Shown piece after piece: positions 9,160-20,400 of a DNA stretch of 64,000 nucleotides. A model generated the notes under the pieces. It had not been told where the DNA came from, searched no databases, and saw only the letters and a program-made list of their open reading frames with translations. Position 1 is the stretch's first letter. Every line of letters begins with the position of its first letter. The position numbers were made by a program, and so were the translations under genes. The stretch is from NCBI RefSeq assembly GCF_018977255.1, contig NW_024704751.1, positions 9,610,001-9,674,000 of the forward strand. The letters run 5' to 3'. Origin of the DNA: Callorhinchus milii (Eukaryota).

Positions 9160-10689
9160 AACTCCGAAGTCTCAAGCACATTTGATTTCTTTTATAAAGC
9201 TAACTATCTTTGCGAGACATAAGGGATTGTTTTTTCAAATTATTCATATTTTGTCAACCTTTCCTCCTCCAGTCCTTATTGTTTTTGCGGTTTTGCCCCA
9301 AAGTATACAGTCAATTCACTTTACAGTATATTCTGTGAAGTGCTTTGAGACATCTCGAATACGTGACAAGGCGTTATATCAAATGCAAGGGTATGCAGTT
9401 TGTGGGAATAGATGGAGACCTGAAAGTGTTGAGTTTCTTGGGGTGTACTGCTTTTAAACTCTTCATAATGACACCTTCTGTTTTGTATTCAATTGTCAAG
9501 CTTTGATTTTTGTATCTGAATCATCAAAAAATAGTCATTAAAATAGGTTTATTTAAGGAGCAGATTTGTAGCATTTCAGACAAGTGTTTCATTTTACTGT
9601 GACACAAACACAAGATTGGATAAGGTTGGGTGATTTCTTGATTTTGACAGTGTTGTCTAAGTAAAACTAGGTGCTTCCTAACAAGCCGCTAGATAAAACT
9701 GGTGGAGTCATCAGTTTTAGTACTAACTGGCACATAAACCAATTTTAGTGCTTTTCTACAATATACAATCGCTGTACATTTTTAGAGTATATGGTTAGAT
9801 TACTTTATTGATTATGTAATTTTATCGTGTAAGCCCTTAATTGAGCTGAGCCTCACAGCCATATTGAACTGGTCGTCAACTATTCAGTTAAAATGAGATG
9901 GAATCAATACATCTATTCATCCGCCAATGTTTTTCTACGAAGTGTTATTTTCTCTTTGACTTCCTGTTTACAACATTATTTTGGCCACTAGATGCCACTG
10001 TCGGCAACAATGGACGTTGTCACAAGCCCACGACAGAACAGTTTACAGTGAAGAAAATGCCAGCATATTAGTGAGGAATGTTTACTCGTTGCTTCCTCAT
10101 CACCGTCTGATGTGGAACGTTGGCTTTTAGGTGTGCACAACGCAGTGTAACATACTCATGACAACAATATTCTGTCCCTCTCGTGACGGAGAAATCAAGT
10201 TATTTACTTCTTGAGCACTCCCACGGGTTAGCCACCACTGACCGAGAGTAATGTCTGCTAGTCGGGTGGACATTGCCATGGCACTGTTCAATGCAAGAAG
10301 GGTTTTTTTTTCTCCCCCCCCCCCCCCAGAGTTTTTGGCCCACAATATTCATTTGACTCGTGTTTCCCGCAACCTCGCCGTGAGTGTACGCGACAGCAAA
10401 TCAAGTGACGACTGAAGCTTGGGGATTGCAGGTGGGACTTTCCAGCCTTGTGAAACTTTGTACATCAGCACAGCCCCAACAGTGTTGAGGGAATCATCAA
10501 TAATACATTGGGGTGGGTGTGGGGGGGGGGGGGGGGAGAAAGCCTGTGGATTGATTGGACACACTGTCCTCTGAAACTCCCTTTGCGTCTCAGTACCCTG
10601 TGGCTGCAAGTAAATGTAAAGTAGGGGGAAAAAAAGTTGGTGGAACGAATTTTAAGTTTTGGTTTCCATTAACTTGATGCTGTGGGGGA

Positions 10690-11460
10690 GAAGGGGGGGG
10701 AGTCCCACAGGCCTGACTGACTGACGGCCCGCGGAGCATCTCGGGACTTGTAGTTCGGCTGAGCAGGATCCGGGTATCGCCGCGCCCGCCGTGACTGGCG
10801 GGAAAGGACTACAAGTTCCAGCGGGCCCCGCGCGAGATGCTCTGTGACGTCCCTTGGAGACGGTACAAGATGCATTGAGGGGAGGAGGACGGAGGACGAC
10901 GTCGGAGGAAAGTTGTCCCGCGTTCGTAGTTCGTGCGGTTCCCCGCACCGCGAAGAGGAGCAAATGGCAGCTTCGGCTCACGGTGGTGGAGGAGGAGGAG
11001 GAGGCGGCGGTGGAGGAGCAGCAGCGGGAGGAGGAGGAGGTGGTGGAGGGGGAAGCGGCGGACCCGCCATTTTCCCCCCGGTCCCCTTCGCTTACCCCGG
11101 GCCGCCGGGCCCCACCGCCATCATCATCGGCGGCGGCCACGGAGGTGGTGGAGGCGCCGCCGCCGCTCCCTCCGCCGCTCCCTCCGCCGCCGCTCCCGGG
11201 CCGCTGGTCACCGTGTGGGAGTGGGAGGACGAGATGGGCCGCTGGAGGCCTTACAGCGGCCGAGTGAGTGAGCACATCGAGCGCAGCCTCCAGCAGCTGC
11301 CGCTGCTGCACGGAGCGGCGGCCAAAGGGGCCCACAGCATCTCGCTGGGCCAGGCCGACCCCTGGCTCGCGCCCTACATCATCGACATCCCCACGCTCAC
11401 ACAGTTCCGCCAGGACACAGGTACTGACGGTTCGGGCCCCCGCTCTGGCTCTTGACATCC
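10690..11460 (+). promoter_or_regulatory. DTX2 CpG island / promoter
   Basis: CpG-rich; ACTACAA(N)TCCC-type motifs at 10741-10756 (minus) and 10807-10822 (plus), GGCGGGAAA E2F-like 10797-10805. Confidence 0.7.
10964..11420 (+). CDS. DTX2: DTX2 exon 1 (poly-Gly N-terminus and WWE1)
   Basis: CAAATGG start; [23 protein letters not shown]|gtactg. Confidence 0.88.
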
Positions 11461-14400
11461 AGCTGGTTTACAGGGGGGGGAGAGGAGGGGAGAGAGGAGG
11501 GGGGGGAGAGAGAGGGGGGGACGGAGGGGAGAGAGAGGAAAGAGGGAGAGGAGAGAGAGGGAGGGGGGGAGAGGAGGGGGAGAGAGAGGGGGGGAGAGAG
11601 AGGAAAGAGGGAGAGGAGAGAGAGGGAGGGGGGGAGAGAGGGGGAGAGGGAGAGGAGGGGGGGGGAGGAGAGGGAGAGGAGAGAGAGGGAGGGGAGAGGA
11701 GGGGGTAGAGAGAGGGGGGGAGAGAGAGGGGGGGAGAGAAGGGGAGAGAGAGAGGGGGGGGAAGAGAGAGGGAGGGGGGGGGGGGGGAGAGAGAGAGGTT
11801 GACTCTAAACTTCCTCAGAATAATTTGGGTTTAGATTACTTCACTTCGTCATTCTCACAACCCTCCACTGATTTGAGATGATCATAAGGAGAATAATAAT
11901 AATAAGAATAAGAAGAAGAATCCTGGCGTTTTCACCCCACAGTCTGTAGTAATGATGATGATAATAATAATAATCTTTGCATTTTGATATATCGCCTTAT
12001 CACGTCTGTGAGACGTCTCAAAGGACTTCGCACCATACACTAATAATAATAATAATCCTTCGCATTTGATATAGCGCTGTTCACGTCGGGAGGACGTCCC
12101 AAAGCGCTTCACAGAACACACTGTAAAGTGAATTGACTGTATGCTTGTGGGTGAACGCGGCGGCCAATGGCGCACAGCAATGTCCCACAAACAGTCGTCG
12201 ATTGAAAATGACCAATTTATTATTGTTTTTGGTTTTGGAGGGACTATTATTAGGCTCTGTGTGGAGTAAGGAAACTTGCCCGAGGTTTCGCCCTCTGCCT
12301 GGAATTGAACTCAGGTCTCTCGCTTGCAAAGCGAGTGCTCTAACTACTGAGCTACAGGACTCCACTGTCATTGACTGCAAATTTTTTTGTGTGGGAGAAA
12401 CGCGGCAGCCAATTATTTTTAAAGGGAATAGGCTATTTTTTGCAGTGATTGAGAAATCATGGTATTTCCTAACAGCTGTTTTACATGAGCATTATTTTTT
12501 GGATTTTTTTTTAAACTTTGGAGTAAGGATTCCCTGGTGGATCAGGAATAGAATGTGCCTGAAAATTCCTCCAGTAAGATTACAATGTCCTGTTGATCAT
12601 ATAATTAAGTATTGTGGATTGAGTAGTTACAGGACGACCAACTTGTCACTATCAATCTTCAGACTGAGCATGTCTTTCAGGCTAGAGGTGGCTCCGGGGT
12701 TACTCACATGGCAACAGGGGAAGCAGAGCTGAGTCGCCCCTCTTTGCTGAACTCAAGGATTCAATGGCTAAGCCAGACGCTTGACCTGCTTGTCTGTCTC
12801 AACAATGGGAATGGGGGAAGGGATTCTTTTTTCTTGGTTCTTGGTAACACTGCGAGCGAAAGCTCTCACGGGTTGGCCAAGCGGCTGGAAGCTTCCCAGT
12901 GCTTTGTACTGGTAAGCTGTGTGCTTTTAGCTTAGTCAATCACAGCAGTGCTTTCAATGCACACTCCTTCTCTTTCCACCAGCCCCCCCCCCCCCCATAA
13001 TAATTCCTGTTTTAATTGGCCTGATCACAATGGTTAACAGCAATAAAGTGCTTATCTGGTGTGAAATGGTGTGTTACCAGATCATACTGCAGTCAAAATC
13101 CACTTTTAGCTTCTTGTGGCAAACATAGATGGAAATACAAGATGAAAACATTGCTTCCTATTATCTCCCATTTTTTTCCTCAGATCTCACTTACACAACA
13201 AGGCAATCTCCATCCTTTTTCACTGGAGGATTTGCAGTGCAATTTTTTTTAATACAGGGACTTTTTATAGCTTCACACAATTATAGCTTCACACAAAGGT
13301 AGTCGATCTTTGTGGATTTGATGTCTGGAGCAAGTAGGCAGTGGAACGAGGAACTTAGAACTAAGCATTAAGCCCACAGCTCTCTTACTGAGTCGCTTGT
13401 TCAGTGTGGAGGTTTAGGATTCTCCATTGTGTCACAGGAAAATAAGGGATTATTCCATCGCATAGAAAACCTGGCAGAACATTAACCTTTTATTGTTCTC
13501 TACAAAAATCTATGTGCTGTTCATTATTTAATGACACAGGATGGTTGCAGTAGAGGGAACTGCTGAGGATCTCATGAATATTTAGTGTCTATAGTGCCCA
13601 AGTTTGTTTGGCCCAGCATTCCAGTTGTCAAAACGGCTGCTTTGTTCATAGCGTGAAACCACATTTTTCTGCTGCAAGGATTAGCTGCCTGTTAACCGAA
13701 ACCCCCAATCTTGTATTATTGAAATATTTCCACATGGCATGTAAAGTTTTGTACTATATATTGGTGATCTTGTGATGCTGTTTTCTCTGCAGCATGGCAA
13801 AGAATTGTTTTGTAGGGTGCATTTTATCCATTCCCACATTCAAATATAGGGAGGATAAAATGCACATTTGAGCCTTGTAATCGTTGTATATAGGCTTGGA
13901 TTTCAGGCAAAGCATACTGGAAAAACCTGCTTAGATATCTGGCCTGAAGAGATCAAAGTAAAACCTGCAAATGTGAGAAATCTGAACTAAAATCATTAAA
14001 ACACGAGAACTACCGTGAGGGTACTCAGTACATGGAAAGGTAGATTTGGACTGCCAAGTGATCACAATGACATTAAATTATACTCTTCACTCAAGGTGGG
14101 ACTTCCTGTCACTAAATCTGTAATAGATATATTCAGGGTAAGGTACTTAGAGCAGTCGTGTGGAATTGTGTGAGTTTTACTGTATTGCTGTTTATGATTT
14201 TAATGTCCACCTGAAGAACAGGCCCACGGGACCTTGGTTTAACCTTTTGTCAGCTTGCCTGGCTTCCCCGAGCAGTGTACCAGAGTATCAGCTTAAACTA
14301 AGCTCAACTCCTGATGCACAGTTTGAACCTTCTGACCTGGGGGCGAGAGTGCTGACAACCAAGCCAGTGTGGCACTTAAAACCAGTCAGCGAAATAGGAT

Positions 14401-17400
14401 CGACCACAAGGGATCTGATGGAGAAACTGAGCTGTTGTTGCTAAACGGCTGCTGAAATGTGTTGTTTTAAAGCTGGAAAATAAAGCCCTGTAGATGAGAT
14501 GCAAATGAACTTTCCAGCCTGAACATATTTATTACAGACTTAGTGACAGGAAGTCCCACCTTGAGTGAAAAGTATATTGTCGTGTCATTCTGATCACTTG
14601 GCAGTCCAAATCTAGTCCAAGATAATTTCATGCTCAAACATCGTCAACATCATAGTTCAGACTTACAAATAGGCCCAACACAATTACTGCTCGGCAGCTT
14701 GTTTTGAAATTTCTCAAATCAAAGTCATGAAATTACGGATATTGTCTGGTTCCTGCGGCCACAGCGGCTTCAGCCTTCATCAGCCCGGAAGTGGTGGATT
14801 GAATCTTGGAGCTCTTATGAGTCGAATAACCTTGAATTGACGTTTGTGAAATGTAATGCATACAGCACTGCAGAGGATTTGCTTCAATATCTCTTTTCAT
14901 TTACCTTGTGTTTCCGGCACCTCAGATCTCCTTCTCAGGCCCCATTCAAACTTGTTTTTGGCATTAAGGAAAACGTAACTCATGGAGTACAGATGTGGCG
15001 GTGAAGGAGAGTGGATGAATAGTTCAAATGTTGATCAACTTGACATTCATATGCCTGTGGATTCTTCTCATTGTCAGTCGATAAATGCTTAGGCAAAGGA
15101 GTTGTTAGCACAGCTCTATAAGCAGTGTTAAATCACAGTACCGTATTAATCTCGGGAGCTTCTTTAACTCCTTGTTGAACTATTGATGATACTTGTGAAT
15201 TTTTACATTCTGTTGGAGCCCTAGCATTCTGTGCCACCGGTCTCTATAAAACATTATAAATTAACACAAGTGTCCGGCATTGCCAGGAGGAAAGAACTGT
15301 AATTAATCTCCACTGCAATTGCGCCTCTGGGTTAGAAGTTTGTGGGTTCAAGCCCCATTTTCTGTTGAGATGCTAAATTGACATGGCACCTGCCTATCTT
15401 CAGGTGGATGTTTATGATTCCATGACACTATTCGGAAAGAGAATGGCTTTTCTCCCAGTGTGGGCGAAGTGCAGCAGCCAATTGCACACAGCTATGTCCC
15501 ACAAACACGTTGTGTGGCCTATGAAGGAGTTTCCAGAGTTACAGACTGCCCGGTGTCATTCATATATTCTTCATATATTTTTCACCCCTATCAATTTTCC
15601 ATATAGCATGTTGAACTGGGTGATAGGTCAGTTATATGTAGAAGAGCTGGTGAGGAGGAGGGGATTTAACCTGCTGGGATATCAACAGGGCATTGCTGAT
15701 CGGAAGTGCAGATAAAACATGCTCTGGCTAACAGACGTGTGGGTTGAAATGCACTGACTACTTTAATAGTTGTCTGCACACCGACACATTGCCCTTCAAA
15801 GGAAATTAGAAAGAATAACAGGAAATCTGCACATACATGGACAGATTGTAGTGGCCACAGAATAGTTCAGTCCTGTGTCATTAGTGGGCTGGACAGTTGA
15901 ATAGTGTGTGCTGTACATTTTCTATAGATTGTTTAACGGGGTTCAGAATCAATAAGGGTTTTGTAAGACAAAAAATAAATGAGTAAATCCGGTCATTTGG
16001 AATGGACATCTAGTTGTGAGTTGGTTTTGCTTCCACCTTCCTTCCACCTTACAGGAGCCTCTCCCTTCAAAGTGGTCTCATTAGGAATCCATATTTCAAC
16101 TGCTAACAATTGATATAGGAACAGGCCATTCAGACATCCATAGTGCCCAAGATGTCAGGCCTGTTCCACCAGATTATTGGATCTTGGTTGATTTATTTTA
16201 AAAAAAGACCATTTCCTCTTTTTCTTTTGCAACCTTCTGAGCAGGTTTCACCTGTGTAGCCACCTGCACAGCTCCCTCCCTCACATCAGATTGCGATGCT
16301 GGGGTAGCACTGATCTTGGGAACTTGCCAGACGGGGAATTGCAGACGCAAACTCCTAAACCACCCATTTTCTGAGGTTCCAACTCAGAGCTGAGGCTTGT
16401 GTGGAGAAGTATTTTGGATTAAAATCTTCACGGATTTGAGAAATTAGCAGTTTATGCGTCATATTATAATCTTGTGAACTATTTCAAATGGTTGTCAGAA
16501 GAAGAACTTCAAAGTAAAAGTTTAATTCAACAATTAAATGCATCGCCTAGTCTAATGGTTGTAACGCACTAATTTCTGTGTGTTTTCATTGTGGTTCATT
16601 TTGTGTGTAAAAAAAAATGGAATCTGTCTCCCATTTTTTTTCTCTCTCTCTTTCTCCACAGGAAGAATGCGTAACATTAGGAGGCAGCTTTATTCACAGA
16701 CCTCGGCCCCAGCAAAAGGAATCCTATGGCAATGGGAGAATGATGAAGGTGGTTGGACAGCCTATGAAATGCACATTTGTATTTTTATAGAAAATTCCTA
16801 CAGTGCTCGGCAACAGATTGCAGATTTAGGACACTTCGGTTACAACTATATCGTGGATTTAAACAGTTTATTCCAGACAAACAAAGGAACTGGATTCAGA
16901 CGACGGGTTCAGAGATATCCTGGTGCACAATATCCTTTAGCTACCGCTGGACCCATGCACAATGGGCAATTGTGCTCTTGTCACCAGTGTTTGGCCAATA
17001 CTGTCACGGGACCCATGTTGAATCGTAATCGACATATTGTGTACAACCTAGCAGGCCCCTCCACCCAACAGCCTTCCAGCCGCTCGTCTCTAGTGGCATC
17101 TCCCAACCACGGATTCTCCCCCTACACCAAAAGGCCAATATCTATGACAGGAATGAACATCGCAGCTGCCAGTTGGGCTGGGGCTGCAGGAATAGCCACT
17201 GGTCTTCCCCCAACTTCCGGATCCCACTTCACCAATGGTTCCAGGTACAGTATTCAACTCCTGATGCGCTGCATTGCTTGGGGTGGGGTGTCTGATAATT
17301 AAGCGATTAACACACACATCAATCCTTAATCACTTTGGTCACAACTAAATCGTGGATTTAAACTGTTTACTTCAGACAAACAAAGGAACTGGATTCAGAC

Positions 17401-20400
17401 GACAGGTTCAGAGATACCCTGGTACACAATGTCCTGTAGCTACCGCTGGACCTCAATAATACCGTTAATTCACTTTACAGTATATTCTGTGAAGCGCTTT
17501 GAGATGACTGGAAGACGTGATAAGACTCTATCAAATGCAAGGATTATTATTGTATAGTGTCAGTAGATTTTTCAAACATATAAGGTGGCAGTGGGGGAGG
17601 AGAGGAACCATACCTGAGCCAGATTCTATCCACATTGCAGAGCACACTACATTTGAGATCAGAAAGGGGGTAGAATCGGCCAGGGCTTGGGAAAAACCCT
17701 GGGTACTTGTGTGAGAACAGGATTAGGCTCAGCCTTTCTGTTCTCCCTATGAGCTATTGATGTGCATTGCCTAGACTTGTGTGTACAGATGCTTGAGATG
17801 CATTAATGTTGGGCTGTGGAACATGATTTATTGCCTTGAGGACAAAAGAACAAATTGGAAGGGGCTGCGAAAAGGAATTTGCATCTGTACCCACCTCAGG
17901 CGATAAGACAGCAAGCAGTGTGCATTAGTTCTTGAGTCATTATTTAATAAGAGAAAGAGTTCTCAGTAAAATTTTAAAAGAGCTATTTAAAATGGACAGT
18001 TTGAGAGCCTGTTGGTTAGAGCACTCAACTCGCAAGCGAACGGACCCAGGCTAATTTCCTGGGCAGGGCAAGTTTCCTTACTCCACACTCCTCAGTTTAC
18101 CTAGCAGTAAGTAGGAACCCCTTAGTTGATTGGCGGGTCGCTTTTCCGGGGATAATAATCCTTTCAAAAAATAAATAAAACTAATAATTTGGTCACTCAA
18201 TCCATGCAAGGATTATTATAAAAGTTCTCCCCCGTCTTGCTGACATAGCCTGGTCTCTTAATACCTGCGTGATGCGTCGCTCCACACAAGTGGCCTTTGT
18301 GCTGATCAAACCTATTGAACTGATTAAGAAATATGTAATTCATACAGTATCCACCAAAGCAGTTAATTTCTTGGTTACAGTGACATTTAATAATCATACA
18401 TCTTCCTGTAGCTGTGTAAGTCAAGACCTTTACTGTGAACATTACAGGTAATAAAGCCACAGGTTAACCCTTTAGATGTTGATTGTCCTTTGGCAGTGTT
18501 TCAAAAGAAGTGTGCACATTTTCAGATTGGCACATTTTTATATAAATCACAGGTTTATTCTACAGGCTATAGGGAGGTGGAACTTTAAAATGCGTGTCGG
18601 AAACTTGAAAGTTCATTAAAATTAATGGAAAAAGCAAGAAGCTATGTAAAATAATTCCCTGTGAAAATCCACAAAAATCTTCTTTGCCGCAATTGGAACT
18701 AATTACTGTCAATTTGTTCTGGCGGCATTTAAATAGAGCTTACTGAATCCGTGCCCTACAGTTCGGCATCTTGTAAAGTTATTGAAATTGCCTAAAGATC
18801 ACTATGTTCTGCCGTGAGTGACCAGTGCCCTCGCACACGCTGGTCCTTGGCTGAAAGCCACCGTGGATTTTGGAATCTCTTTGCATTGTCAGGAAAGCAG
18901 ACTGAGAGGCATAGCAAGCAGCTGTTCGTCCAGACAATGCGAGCACTATTATGAGCAGCGTGGGAAGAGGATGGGGATGGAAGAAAGTTTTGGAATGAAG
19001 CGAGTTTAGAAGCAAGAGAGAGGACAGTCTTTTTGTATTGTTTGCAGACCATGTGGGTGGGTGGAGAGGTACCCCACAGGCTCCTTGTTGTTCTCAATTC
19101 ACCTGCCTCACTGACCACTGAATGTATTATGGCTGCACAAAGTCTGTTAAGTCGTTGGTTGGAATTTCCAGTGTAGAATACACCACCAGATCTCTCTTTG
19201 CTTTCTCCCATCCCCCTTTTTACAAGGAGCTGGCTGTCTTTTACTGGGAATTGCTTCCACAGCTGCTGGCAGCTCTTGGTGACTCACCCACATTTTCTGC
19301 TTTGAATATTTTTGAAATGCTGATTTTATTTGTTCTAGTAAACTCGTGCCAAACTGGCAGCTTTTCGTCACAACATGTTCTCTATCCATGTGTTTCAGAG
19401 AAGGTTTGAGGATAAGAAGGTGTTTTTGTTTTTCCTGTAGGATATTAAAAGCACTGAAGGTTGCCTCAAATAATATTTTCACAGCTAATAACTTCAGCAG
19501 CTTGCATCTACATCGCGCCTTTCATGTTAAATAAGTTTGCATTTATTTTGCACCTCTCATGTAAAAAATAACTTCTTGAAGCACTTGTTGATGAGAAACC
19601 AAGTGAATTTGATGTAGGCAAATGTGGCAGCTAACCTGTACCTGCAATGTCCCTTAAATAGAGAGATGAGCATCCTGTTCATTTACAGTTGGGCGTAATG
19701 TTCCACTAGGTGTTTTTCTAGTGTAAGTAATTAAATTTGCAGATGACATCAAGTTGGAGGGAACAGTGGAATCGGGAAGCAGCAAAGATCTTACTGCAAC
19801 AACAACAACTTGCATTTATATAGCGCCCCTCGTGCAGGGTAGGATCCCAGAGCACTTAACCTTGGCGGAGCTCAAAGTTCTTACAAAGGACTTGATAAGG
19901 TATGCACATGGACTGATAATTGGCAAATAATGTTCAATACAAGTAAATGCAAGGTATTGCATACAGAAAGTACATAAGAAATGCAAGATGAAAAAAAGAC
20001 CCTCTAATTTGCCTTCCACCTTCCTGGCAGTTGCATGCACATACATCCCAAACTACCTATGTAGTATATCCCATAATGTTATTTCCTAAAAGGAAACTAT
20101 CTAATCTGTTTGAAAGAATCAACTCTTCCTGCTTCAACCGCCTCTCTAGTGAGCCTTTACCCTATGAAAGTAAGCATAGGAAACACATACTGTATGGATG
20201 GGATAGAATTTGCCAAGGGGAAGCTGAAAGAGATCAAGGGTTGTTCGTTGACTCATCACTCAAATGTCAAAACGGTATGAGGCAGCAGTAAACAAGACAA
20301 ACAGAATGCTGGGCTCCATTGCCAAATCAGTGGAGTTCAGGTTTCAGAATTCATCTACAAGTTATGTAATACTCTGGTCAGTGCAACACCTTGTGTCACA

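Noticed and set aside
10652-11802. Overlapping ORFs of 112-268 aa around DTX2 exon 1
   Set aside because: Alternative frames of GC-rich exon and G/A tract that lack stop codons for compositional reasons
12133-12732. 199-aa ORF, and similar ORFs at 5785-6375 and 54191-54811
   Set aside because: Largely SINE/L2-derived; the same peptide strings recur at every repeat copy
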